A stretch of DNA of 64,000 nucleotides. It comes from Lepidodermella squamata. Its lineage: Eukaryota > Animalia > Gastrotricha. The position numbers and the translations under genes are program-made. Positions 38,001 to 51,000 of the stretch are shown here, piece by piece. Where the stretch lies: the NCBI GenBank assembly GCA_047495785.1, contig JBLDXI010000017.1, positions 3,720,001 through 3,784,000 on the forward strand. The letters run 5' to 3'. Position 1 is the first letter of the stretch, and each line of letters begins with the position of its first letter. The notes beneath the pieces were generated by a model. That model made no database searches. It worked only from the letters and a program-made list of their open reading frames with translations, and was not told the origin of the DNA.

Positions 38001-38735
38001 CGAAACAACAGCTTGCCGCAACCCGCGAGCTGACCGGTCGTGTAAAACAGCGTTGTTCAGAGTAACTTGCAAACGCCTAGCTGATTCTTCGGTAACGGTA
38101 GTTCCACCTTGAGCCTTTAGTTAACAATAATTGATTAGATGGCATGCCTCTAATGAAGCTCTAACCTGTGCGTAGAAATACGGTAGAAAATTATGTATGT
38201 GGGCAGCTATGCTGTTTCCGCTGGAATTGACACCATATACCAAAACCACCGGTTCAGCGCCATTCGCTCCAGTTTGTGAAACATAATGCTCGATATCAAG
38301 TTGCTGAAAAATGAGAGGATCTTTGGTTGGATCGATATCGGGCAGCGGTGGCCGACTCCATTTGGTCAACGCTTTACTGACTTCGGGTCCTATGGTGAAT
38401 GAAAACATGAGATATAGAATAAAACAAATTTGTGCTTTCAGCCAGCCTACACTTCTATAGCTTAGGTTAGAAAGGTTTTCTCAATCATGCTACAGAAAAT
38501 ATTACCAACCTAGTACTTCTCCAGTGAGTTGTAACTCGTCTTCGCCTGCAGCTTCCCAGGCGGCTAACTCAGTCTCGAACTGCGATTTTTGAGTCGAGGC
38601 ATACATTCCGAATTCATCATCTGAGTCGCCATTGTCACCTGCTCTCGAGTTCGCAGGGCCAAGAGAGTTGCCGGTAGGCTTCGCTTTCTTAGCTCCCCCT
38701 GTGGGCCATTGTTTGTCATTTCCTCGCTTTAACAT
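35085..38735 (-). CDS. POLD1: DNA polymerase delta catalytic subunit, multi-exon
   Basis: ExoI FDIEC, Exo[10 protein letters not shown], Exo[31 protein letters not shown]; C-terminal CysA (CLGC..CDHC) and CysB (CQRC..C..DC). Confidence 0.97.
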
Positions 38736-40255
38736 GTCTCGCTTACACTAAAAGCTGAATAAGCATGAAAAATGGTTATAAACAAATAAGTGAAATAAGT
38801 GTTGAGAGAATATTAGTATTAACGGATTTGCAGCGAACATAAGTGGGTGTATTAACCTTGAACGCATGTCCCCAAAGATCCCAAACTATTGAGCAAGTGA
38901 CAGTATTAGCACCCACATTGAAACTTAGATTATTCAAGTTTCAGCTTTTATTGGGAGCCACCAACGCTTCAATGTCTTAGACTAGCTCCATGTGCAACAA
39001 GAAATAAGCACGCAACATAGGACTCCTCCAGTCATCATCAGTCATTAAAAAACGTTCAAATATGACCATTGACCTATCCTACTGACATCTTGAAAAGAGA
39101 TGAATGCGCAGCAAATCAGATTCCTATTGGCAAAGTGCCAGATGCTTCAGAAGTCGAATAGAAGAACATAAGACTTCGAAACTCGAAAATTATAATTTAA
39201 CAATAAGTAAAAGAAAGCATATTGCGGTCAAATATTAGTGGACACAATATATAGCAAGACATCCGTATAACCAATCAAGCGACAGGTACGCATTGAGTTC
39301 ACTTAGAATTTGTCACAAGTGAATAGCTAACTCCATTTATTTTGGCGCTGCGAGTGCGTGCAGAGTAGAACCATTGCTGAAGACAAAAAACTATACTTTC
39401 TTTTTCGCACGCACAAGATTTGAAAAAATTTAGCGCGTTAATTATGAGTTATCTGTATAAAAAATTAAAAATGTTTAAAAATGTTTATATTGTAATTTAC
39501 AAAAATATACGTGAACAAAAAATTTGAATATGCGCGCCATAAACTTGTCAGCTGACAACTGCTTTTTAGGAAAAAATGCTCATCCAATTCGGATTACAAT
39601 TGACTGGTTTTACTGCTTAAATGGATCTTCACATGTCTCGCTGAATATCTTCGATATTCTTTCACTCGAAATTGATTTCCTCAAGGCTGTTTTGGTTAAA
39701 AAAAATAGTGAGAATATGCTTGCAAATGGTCTGATTTTACCATACGAATGAGGTTGGATAAAACTCTTCTTCAACTGTACTTGGATGAAGCATTGGTCCT
39801 CTGGTTGTCTAGCCGTGCGTTATTTATAAGTCGCCATCTTCTCGAAGGTGAAAGGTCACCTTCGGCTTTAGTTTTAAGGAAGAAAGCTTGGAACTTGGGA
39901 CTTGAAGCATGGAGCTTGGAAGAATATTATCATGGTTTGCTAACTAGAACACTTGGCGGTTGGCTACGTGAGATACTTACCTCATCGGTCCGGCTTTTAT
40001 AAATTTTAATGTTTAATGTCAACTTTCTTACCCGAAGTTAGCATAAAACGTTTTTCTTTCCACTTGAAAACATCATCCATTAATTCACAATGGAGTATGG
40101 AGTGCGAGCCATTTTTCAGCCTTTATCACTTGAACTCAATCATTCACTCGGAATTCATATCATTCATACTATTTTAGCTATTTACGCCATTCAAGCTAGT
40201 AGGATCTTAACTCATTCTGGAATGCACCTTGCCGAATAGGAGATTATTTAATGAA

Positions 40256-43250
40256 ATGGCAGAAAATCATGCCACTCTTTTGAGTTCAAATGACGGATTC
40301 GTTTCGACTGGGGACCGTATCAAAGCGGCGCTTTTGTCTAATGCTGGCGAGTCCGGTTCTCAACGGGGCCTCCTTCTACCCTGGCTTTTCGGCGGCGATG
40401 AAGAGTCGACTCAAATACCAACTCAGAGTGTAGCACTGATTCCGGATAGCATTTTACCGGACAGCATCCAAGCTAACATACCCCTCACTTATCACGACCA
40501 CTCAGAACGGGCTGCTAGCATTACCCAGCAATATAAGAAAATTAAAGGCATTCAATCTCTTTACCGTAAGTAGAAAAGTGATCATAAAATGATAAATAAT
40601 CTTTGATTTATTTTCTAGCTTGGCAAGAAGATTGCTTGAATTGCAAAACTTTGACTGATCGACGAAACCTAATTATTGCAATGCCGACCAGCGCTGGGAA
40701 AACTTTGGTAGCGGAAGTCTTGATGTTGCGCGAAATTATGATATACAACCGAGCTGTAATGCTTATACTCCCATATGTTTCCTTAGTTCAAGAAAAAGTT
40801 CGCGGCCTTATTCCTCTTAGCCTTCGCTTCGGATTCTCCGTGGAGGAATATGCTGGCGGAAAAGGCGCTTTTCCTCCACCGGTTCGAAGGCGGCGACAAT
40901 CACTTTATGTATGTCGCCTGACATTATTTAAGGTTTGATTGAGTTTGCTGAGTTACTTTTTACAAGGTTGCCACGATTGAAAAAGCTTCTTCTCTCGTTT
41001 GCGCTTTCATCGACCCCACGCTTCATGGTGCGAAGAAGCGCTCTGTACGCGACATAGGTCTTGTCATCATCGATGAAGTTCACATGATTGGTGACGGGCA
41101 GCGAGGTGCTGTGCTTGAAGCGACGTTAATGAAAATTCGGGCGGGATTCCCGAGTGCGCAAATCGGTATATTAAAATTTAACCTGAAAGTTTATGTTTTA
41201 TGAGAACATTAATTTTTTAGTTACAATGTCTGCTACTGTTGGGAATCTAAACGAACTAGCTGCTTGCTTTGACGCAGACATTTTCTACCGTGACTTTCGT
41301 CCAGTTCCGCTCCACGAATACGTGATGTCCAATAAAAAGCTTTATCGCTTTGTTCCGGATAAGAAGACAGGAACAGGTAGCCTAGAAATAGCTACTGCTT
41401 CACCAAGTTTTCCATTACCCGGGCAAATCCCCCATCCTGGCCTTGCTTCCCTCGACAAAGTATAAGCTGTCTTGAAAATATATTTGTCCTGTTAATACAT
41501 TTATGCCATGTGCTATAGAATGTGTTGGCTCAGATAAAACGGAGCGATAGCGATGATATCTTCGGCTTGATCGGCGATTTGGTGTTCGAAAACAAACAGA
41601 GCCTCGTGTTTTGTGCAACTCGACGGGCCGCGGAGAGTGCCGCAGCTCTTATTGCTAAAATCATTGTCACTCTGCCGAATCAAGACCCGGTAGTGACGCG
41701 AAAACGAGAAGCGCTTTTGATGCAGATGGTCGCCGAAAACGACGGCCAGTGTTGCCCAGTCCTCCGTCGAACTATTCCGGCAGGCGTCGCGTATCACCAC
41801 GCCGGCTTGATGCCCGACGAGCGCCTTGCTGTTGAACAGGCCTACGCTGAAGGGCTCATCACGGTGCTGTGTTGCACTTCGACATTAGCTGCCGGGGTCA
41901 ACCTGCCCGCGCGCCGCGTTGTCATCAGATCACCCTACGTCGCCGCCGCTTTTCTGACTGCAGATCGGTACCGCCAAATGGCCGGTAGAGCCGGTCGTGC
42001 TAAACTGGACACCCTCGGCCAGTCGGTAATCATGTGCGATCAAAAGGACTTGCAAAGGGTGGCAGAAATGATGGGGGCGCCGATGGCTCCTTGCATCAGT
42101 TGCCTGCCGGTTATCCTTTCGACACTTTGCCTCGAACTGGTTTGTATCGGGCTTGTCGATTCTCTTGAATCTTTAGCTCGCATCGTCTCCTCTTACTCAT
42201 TGTGGTACAGACAACGGAAAGAGGACTCGCCGCTACTTGAGGAAGAATTGAGCAAAGCTATTGAAGAGCTTGTTTCAGCCGGGCTGTTACAAATCGATGA
42301 AACGGAAAATGGCAAAAAATTGAGCCAGACTAAACTCGGCAAAGCAGCAATGGCTGCTGGTTTGACGACTCGCGAGGCAAACACGATGTTGACAGAGCTG
42401 AAGCAGGCGCAATCAATGCTGACCCTAGCATCGCCTCTTCACCTGCTCTACCTGATCGTACCGGCATCGAGTGTCGGTGACCTGGTTGATACTATTGATT
42501 TTTCGATTCTCAGCCGGGAAATCAACAGGTTCCAGCAAGAAGCCGACTTATCTGCTTTGAAACTGCTGAATTTGTCGGAAAGCTTCATTGCCCGAAAGTG
42601 CGGCACAGGTTCATCCACGCTATCGTTGTCGAATGTGTCGCCGGCTGCAGCTACCGCTGCTTTGCCATACGGCCGCCTGCAGTTGGCCCTCGCTCTTCGT
42701 TGCATTTGGTTCGGTGGAAATTACTGGGAAGCCGCTAGCCGTCTCGGGCTGAACCGCGGCTCGGTTTTCCAACTCATGTCAACAGCGACAGCCTACGCGC
42801 ACGCTGCTCATCGATTCGCAGCCCAAATGACGGTATGGAATGTCCTTGTAACGCGAATATTGTTGTAATTTTGCGTTGTATTCTATTCAGGAACTTTGGC
42901 CTTTGTCGGACTTGATGCTCTCTTTAAATCGAAGAATGTTGGAAACGCCTCTCGCCGATCTTTCGGAGCTTCTCACTGTGCCTGGAGTTCAGATCGGACG
43001 CGCGAGGCAGCTAGCGAAAGCTGGTTTCACGACGCTGGCAGCTCTTGCTATCGCCGACCCGGTTGCGCTGTCTCGCCAAGTCGAGCACTTACCTCGCCGG
43101 ATGGCTGTAGCAATCGTCGAAGCAGCTCAGCTGGCTGTTCGCGAGAATGTTCGGCAGTTGCAGGATGCGGCCGATAGCATTGTCGAAGACACCTTAACCG
43201 CTGCGTTGAATGACAAATCCAAACCTCAAGGCAATCCTACTCAGCATTAA
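40256..43250 (+). CDS. HELQ: Helicase POLQ-like (Ski2-family), multi-exon
   Basis: MPTSAGKTLVAE, EEYAGGKGAFPP, ATIEKA, IDEVHMI, MSATVGN, GVAYHHAGL, TSTLAAGVNLPA, QMAGRAGR and C-terminal HhH (VPGVQIGRARQL). No polymerase domain. Confidence 0.93.
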
Positions 43251-44019
43251 CTTCATCGCCTCAAGAGAGTGTGTTTGTTATTATTTTTATTGATATATAC
43301 ATTTTATAGTGCGGGAGAACTTTGATACGAAAAACGAACCCAGGTGAAGCAATAAAGAATGAAATGTGATAGAATCGTGCGGGTTTTTCATGTAAACGCC
43401 CGAAAACCTAGACAGATTCTGTTTTGACCTTCATATTTCATTCGGGAGACGGAAAAGCAGTGTTCAACCGGCAGTTGACCGCTTTTACAAATGCAACATA
43501 ATTTGAACTGCTTAGCCACCGAGATTTGGATTGGCCGTGCAGTTTTCGGTTTAAAATTTAACCGACTTAAATGTTTGATTCATAAAACGACTGTGAGGGC
43601 AGCTGGCTTTGCGGCAAGAAAAAAGAGTATGCACCGATAGTCTGGTGTCTGGTGGGCTGGTGGCTACTGATAAGACATAAAAGATTGCGAGAGCCAAGTT
43701 ATAGGTGGGGCGTTATCAGGCCGCGAAACACCAATTGTACCGGAATTCAAAAAGCCTACGGCTTGAGGGCGGGCATTGGTGAGTAGGCTGCTTCCGCAAG
43801 GCGTTGGCACGACAGTATCGTTCCAACTTGACCTACCTATTATACTTTTTATGCTGATTATCATCAAACACTTTCAGTTATACACACACCCGATCTATAC
43901 AAAGATTTAGAAACTTCACAATAACTCGGTTCTATTAATTCTACAAGCAGTTCCTTCTGTCAAAGATTCAAGAGTATTTTCTCGTTAATAGGTAAAGGGA
44001 ATTTTTCTGTCGGGCAAAT

Positions 44020-46135
44020 ATGGGAGCAGCTGCAGCAGAACAGACTGGCGTTACCCGAGGTTCATGGGGTCGCGCAGCTGAGTTCTTCGTTACCATGCTT
44101 GGCTTCGCTGTGGGACTCGGTAACGTCTGGCGTTTTCCAAACGTGCTTTACAAATCTGGCGGTGGGGCGTTTTTCATTCCATACATTCTCGCCATCGTTT
44201 TTATTGGCTTTCCTTTGTTTCTGCTCGAATCTTCGATCGGACAGTACTCGCGGAAGAATTCGATTGAAGTGTGGGACATATCACCTATGTTCCGCGGAGT
44301 CGGTCTTGCAGCCACTTTTACAATTACAATGATCAACGTTTATTACACCACCCCGCAATCTTGGGCGCTGTATTACTTTGCTGTTTCGTTGACAGATACT
44401 TTGCCTTGGTCAGGCTGCTTATCTTGGGCCGAAGACATTCCAAATTGCACCAACACTACGGCAGCCGAGTTGTACTTTTATCGTGAAGTCGTCAAGGTTT
44501 CCGACGGCCTCACCAATTGGGGCACCTTCAATTGGCAACTGCTTCTGTGCAACTTAGCCATCTGGGTCATCATATTTGCTGCCGTATGCTACGGCGCGTC
44601 GTCACTCGGCAAGGTCGCTTATTTCACCTCGACATTCCCGTACCTGATGCTGACAGCTATGCTGATTTTCACCCTCACTCTCGATGGTGCGGATAAGGGT
44701 GTTGTTGATTACTATCTTTCTGCCGATACAAAACAACTGGAAGAAATAAGCGTCTGGTCAACGGCTGTTGCACAGGTTGGTGCTATTTGACATTTTTGAG
44801 AAATTTAGCGATATACCTCTTAAATTTTTTTGTAGGTATTCTTCTCCACCGGTCTCGGATGTGGTGTCGTGCCGCAGCTGTCAAGCTACAACAAATTCAA
44901 CCACAACGTGCTACGCGACTCGGTGCTAGTACCGATCAGTGATGCTCTGACCAGTTTCTTCGCTGGTTTCTCCGTATTCGCAATCTTGGGGTATATGGCC
45001 ACGATAAAAAATACAACAGTCGACGCAGTCGTCAACAGCGGTCCGTCGCTAATCTTCGTCACCTACCCGGAGGCATTTTTGGTAATGCCAGGTGGCCCGG
45101 TTTGGTCCGCGCTCTTCTTCTTCATGACCATCATTCTCGGCTTGTCATCCTCGATCCCATCCGTCGAATGTGTGTGCTCAGTTGTCGCTGACTACCTGCC
45201 ATGGTTCAAACGCTCTCGCTTGAACAACATTCTGCTGCGCGGTCTCATTTGCTTGCTAAACTTTCTCGTAGGAATCTTCTTCTTTTTTGGAGTGAGTTTC
45301 AAGCGCAATTATTATTTGTTATAATCACCAAAAACTATTGTTTTTCTCAGAATGGCTTCTACACCTACTCGCTGATCGACGATAGAGTTATTGGATATTC
45401 TCTTATGATCGTCGGCATCGTCGAAACGGCGGCGTTGTCGTGGTTCTTCGGGCCGAAGCGCATTGTTGGTATCATCGACGAAATTATTGGAGGTTGGGGC
45501 CGCCTACGCCCGATTTCCTATTACTTCGTTACCTGCTGGGTGTTCCTGTGCCCGGCTGGCATTTTGGTATACTTTAATAATATTATCTCTACCTTAATTT
45601 ATTTCACTTTCCTGTCTCTAGTTCATTTTCATTTACGACATCATTGGGTTCAGAGGCATGAAGGTTCTAGGTTATCAGTTCCCAGAATGGGCCCTCGCGA
45701 TCGGATGGACGCTCGCGCTTGTCAGCTTTGCTCTTATCTTCATTGTCGCGTTCGTTACTGTTTGCGGGCCACTGATCTGGAAAGCGTCGCGGCCCAACGA
45801 GAAGTGGAGTCGAAGGGAAGATGCTTTTGAAAAGGCTGATGCAAATAAATCGGTAAGAATCTGCGAAGATCCAAGTCAACGCGTTTGTAACAGTTTTTGT
45901 CTTGCAGATGGAAATGGCTGTGATACAAACGCCTCAGATGATGGGCATCATTCCACCTTCTGCCCCGTATGATTACACAGGAACACAACCAACAGCGTAC
46001 CCAGGCGCGCCTGGAAGTTACATGTACAGCCAACAGCCTTATTCAGGATCAGGATTGCCCCGACAGAGCGATTTCGGGGTCGTAAATGCCGCCTACGTCG
46101 GAATGGCTGAAGGAAGCGCCGGCACCGCTATGTGA
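44020..46135 (+). CDS. SLC6 sodium:neurotransmitter/amino-acid symporter; exons approx 44020..44775, 44836..45291, 45351..45566, 45622..45852, 45909..46135
   Basis: GFAVGLGNVWRFP, GGGAFFIPY, GKVAYFTSTFPY, SSYNKFNHN, SGPSLIFVTYP. TM1 has Gly rather than Asp, pointing to an amino-acid rather than monoamine transporter. Confidence 0.93.
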
Positions 46136-46374
46136 AAAACGAACAAAAATGACTAACAAAAAGCGGCCGTAAAATTGTTCAGGGCTAACCATGAAAAATG
46201 AGCAACTTGGTATTATTTCGGTCAATTGTGAATTCATTCACGGCCCACCAACTTAGAGACAATCAGCATGCTAGAAATAATTTTTTAATAAATAAAAATC
46301 GATTATCATCTGTTGTGCAAATATTTTTATTTAGTCATAAATCTGCAGTTATAATGATAAATTTCATCACAGGG

Positions 46375-47605
46375 TCATTTTCGCAAGAGTTTAACAATGT
46401 TGTCACAGGTTTTAGCCATGTCATCGTCGCCGTCTTCTTTCGCCTGTTTCGCCCATTCAGTCGCCCTCGCTATTGCCTTCTGAAGATTCACCGAGCTCAA
46501 CGCCTTTTGCCTTGAAGCATCATGGCCAAGGATCAAAGCTGTTAAGTTGAGCACGTGCTCGTAGTCTGGTAAAAACAAAACTTGAGAAGGTGATGGTGAG
46601 AGTATACACTGCTTACCATTGATTTCAGAATCTTTGCTCGCATCAGAAATGAGCTTGACAAGTTTTTCTGACAGACCGATCTCGTTGGCGATAGTCAATG
46701 CCGACGCGGCCGATTCAATGCCAATCGGCCCGCCCATTACGTACTCTTCCTGATTGATCAAAGACCGCAAGAAAAAAGCTGCTTTTGTACGAATTCTACG
46801 AGGCAAAGCCTGAAAAATGACAATTATAAAGGGCTAAAACAGGGGTCATTGTATTCACCTTGTCGGCATCATCAAAGCTGCTGTCAAACGAGAATTTCAA
46901 ACTAGCAACATCAAGCGCATTCATGATGACGCCCATGGAAACCATCGCCGCGGCTTTGTCGGTAATTTTACCGTTTTCCAACTTGAGAAAAGCTGCGATT
47001 GCCAATTCCCAGCCGCGAATAATCGCCGAGACTGCTGCTACTGTTTTGAAGGAAATTTTTAAGGGTGATATCGCTTGTTGAGCTGGTATTGGCGATGCGG
47101 CCGCGGCTAACCCATCCAGCTTTCGCAGCGATTCGGCCAAAAGTGATTCGCACTGCGAGAGAAGCTCGTGTTCGATAGCCTTCATTTGACAGTAGTCGTT
47201 GAGCTGACAACACATCGTGAGAAGCTCCAGGGCGAGAATGCCCTCCGTGAAGGCAGCTTCGTCACCTGATAGAACCTTACCGATGTAGTCATGAATAACG
47301 CGGAATCCTCCCAACTTCTCGAAATCACGCGCGACGTCGAGGTTATCGCAATGCTCGAGGAGGTCTCGGAATGCATTGACACGCTGAACGTGTTCGCTTT
47401 TCGCACCCTCTTCTTTGGTCTTGTCAAGGGTGGAAATGCATTTTTTCAAGATTTTCACATAATCCGGACACATGGATTCCATCGCCTCGCTCAGGAATTT
47501 TTTATCATCCTCACTGAGTTGTCGCGGTTGTGCCGCAGAATCCCCATCTTGCTGCGCCGAGACGCTGGTTGACAGTTCAAGCACCTTGTTGAAATGCGGA
47601 ATCAT
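46375..47605 (-). CDS. HSPBP1: Hsp70 nucleotide exchange factor HSPBP1/Fes1-like, 3 exons
   Basis: LSEDDKKFLSEAM, FRDLLEHCDNLDVARDFEKLGG, CCQLNDYCQ, KTVAAVSAIIR, RIRTKAAFFLRSL are Fes1/ARM motifs. Confidence 0.85.
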
Positions 47606-48008
47606 GATTCGAAAATTACAAATTCTACAAATAGCACATGGCAATTGGTGAATGAAGCCAGATTCTTCATACTTTCATTTTATTTTCAAAGCACACGCCA
47701 GTTAACAAGTCAATATAATAACTATTCAAAATAGTTGTTTCAATCATTAGATTACGAACAAACCGCATAGAAAGACCATGAGAAGGATTATTAATAGAGA
47801 TAAGTTACATTGCCCCGCGACTGTAACTGGAATGCCCATCTGAGGGATTGAACAACTTTTAGTGCTTTCTCATGAAGCGTTTAAAATGATCGACTGCGGA
47901 GGCAAGGAAAGTGCAGCAAACAATTTTAATAGGGTCGTACATCCGATAGATTAGTATATTTAAACATGCTCATTATTTTGTTTAAGAAATATGACAATAA
48001 TATAGTGA

Positions 48009-51000
48009 TCAGCTCGGTTTAGAGAAAAAGCGTGAAATATTGCTTGGAACCATGGCAGCTGCTGTTGCTGCTGCTCCTCCGCCATGTTGGGCGGGAACGA
48101 AGTCGTGCGGGAAAGACAGCGCTGTAGCGAGGGTCTTCGCTGTCTGCGCTCTCACCTTGTCGTCCTTAGTCGACAGATGCCGCATTAGAACTTGCCGCAC
48201 GAATTCAAGCCGCGCTGAATCTGGTGGCAAAGAGCCGGCCGCACGTCGCAGCTCAGCTGAATCTGACTGCAATTTATCCAGTGACTGCTGTAAGGCCAGT
48301 TTTTCCGCGACAAGCCGCTGTTCCGTCTCGCGGAATCGCCGCTCCAGTTTCCGATTTGCAGCACGAGCTTCTTTCAGCGAAGAGTCCAGTCGAGACAACT
48401 CGGTTTCGTAAAAAAGCAGTGGCGCTGCAGCTCCAGACCGTTCGGCAATTGTCGACCTGGTTTCTTCTTCGTTGAAGTCGAAGCAATGAGTTGATTCGGC
48501 TGAAGTCGGATCGAAAGACTCGGCTTCCACCTGAGATCTCATCAGTTTGCGGCTTGACGACGATCGACGCCGTTGAGATTCGCCGAAACTTCCCGACAAA
48601 TCCTCGATATCATCAAGGCTTACATTTTGTTTATCAACGACTTCGACTGAACTCTCCCGCTTAGCCGTAGTTTGATCGCAATTTGAGGAAGGTCTGAGCT
48701 GAGGAGCAGGCCGCAGCAACAAGTCCGGCGTTTGGTGCGCTTCAGGATCGAAGTTGATTGGGATTGATCTCTCAGCATTAGCCGTACCAGCGGCGAACCA
48801 GCTGCGAGTGACGGCATCAGCGAAATCCTTTCTCGCCATTGCCAAAGCGCCCTCCAGAGCGGAAATGCGCTCGTTGCACTGCGAGTGGTCAGCCTCAACA
48901 GGCTTTTGAGCTGAAGACGGCGGAGAGAAGGATGGCGCAGTCCATGATTCTGTCTGTGTTCCGAACGATGCTGTCGGTCTGTTGGGCAGCACGACCTGTT
49001 GTTGCTGCGGCGTTTTCGAATCAGTTCGACCAATGTTGGAAATCGCGGCATCACGTAGTCTGGCTTCAAGTTTTGCGATAGATTGTTTATCCTTCAAACT
49101 GCTTTGTTGCTGCTGGCCGATTTCAGCTGTCAACTCAGCGACACGGACCTCAAGAACTCGCAGTCTGACCTAAAAAAAGAAATCAATTTATTAGTCTTTA
49201 TTTATAAGTCTTTCGGAAACCAGAACCCTAGAAAAGGCAAGGCTGGGCTACGTGATAATTTAGCTGAAATTCGGATGAACTGATCTGGTCATCTAATATG
49301 TTGTTTGTCCACAGTGCCACTGCTTCTTCGCAGAAGTTACTGCCCACTCATTTTGTGTCTTGAATTTCACATCTAAGAGACATCAACTCGATCGGGACCA
49401 AGGACGCAGACATACAAGTCTTATTTGCAAACCAGGCCTCGATGAAAGCATTCTATCCGAAGTCCGTCGTGGAAAGACCCGTCCAGGCCGGCATTCGCTG
49501 CGAACACGAACGCCCATCCTACAGCGGCTCTAACTGGAAGGCTACGGTTGAGCACACCAGCAGAGAGTGTAGCACAGTATTTTAAGGAGAAGTATGGGGC
49601 CGTGTACGTAGTAAAGCTGAAACAGGGTAGGTCTGGTTACAGCACGTATCTCATTGAGTTTCGGTCGAAGGACGAAGCAGACGTCCATTTGAGGAAAGGG
49701 TTTATTGGCTTATATGCATTTACGAGCAGAATTCTTCAAGTCGCGGTACCATCCTGAAAGACTCCCCACATATGGCCGGTTGAAAAACCCGCAAATTTTC
49801 CATTCACCCATTTCAGTTTCACCACAAGGACTATCCTACGCCCAACGGTGAATACTGTTCCCTCTTTATACCGTGCCTTTAAATCCTGACGGTAGCACAA
49901 ATACTTGGAGAAACTTCGGTTGGGCACGGCGCTTCCTAATTCGGCTAAAGTGCACCTTGCCGTTCAGAAGCCGCGCTCTTCACTTAAATTCGCAAACGTA
50001 AATCTCTCTGTCATGGCCGTTACAGAGTGCGAGGAGTTCTTTAGCGTAAAGGAATTAGCAGCCTAAGCTGTTCCAGAAGATCGGGAACTGTTCAAACCGA
50101 TCGAGACCAAAAGATTCTCAAGGGCTTAAGCCAAAATGTGAAAATGATGGCTAGTCGAAACCTTCGGGTTACCGTCCCGTGTCGCTTCTTCCGACAGTAG
50201 CAAAGGTATTATAGCGTCTTTTAGCGACTAGGCTATAAATTCTTTTCAGGACAAATCAAGTCATCTCCAATCATCAGCCTGGATTTCTGTTCAATCCACC
50301 TATTCAAGGAGCAGCTGAAAAACTACAACGGGAATTACTATGGAAGTATTTGTAACATTTCTGCTCGATGTTATAGGTAAGGTGTTCGCAAAAGCTATCG
50401 CCAACAAGGCAGCTGAAGCCATCAAGGACAACCTGGATAAGTATCAGGTTGGTTTCTTGAAACAAAGCAAGCAATGGTAGGGGTTAGAGGGGCAATAGCA
50501 ACGGCAAGGGCTTCAAATGAGCCCTTAGTCCTGACTTTTGTCGACCGCACCAAAGCTTTTGATACGGTGGATCGCGAAGTCCTCCGAGATGCCCTTTGGC
50601 TCTTCAAAATACCAGAAGGCAAAATCAAACTAATAACAATGATCCACACTACCACCGTGCGCTATATTAGGGGATCAGAGCTTAGCTTCGAAGCAAAACG
50701 CGGAGTCTGACAAGGCTGTGTACTAGGGCCGATATTATTCACGATGGTGTTCCACTACCTTTCTCAATAACATTGTTAAGCCAGACAAAGTCACTCATCG
50801 CCTACGCGGACGATTTTTGTTTTCATAGGCAGTATCATATCGTCTGATGGGTCAATCGATCGGGCAGTAGAAAATAACTGCTTGAAAACGAAGCTCAAAC
50901 TACTGACTAGTATTAGGGCAACTCTCCGGAGCAACAGTCTGAATTAAAGGAACAAGGAACAGACGCTAGAGACATTCATCGAACCGGTTCTACTCTGTGG

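Noticed and set aside
38941-39040. Minus-strand ATGATGA...CTGA pair resembling a C/D snoRNA upstream of POLD1
   Set aside because: No rRNA complementarity I could identify and no clear C'/D'; the AATAAA inside it may simply be a polyA signal.
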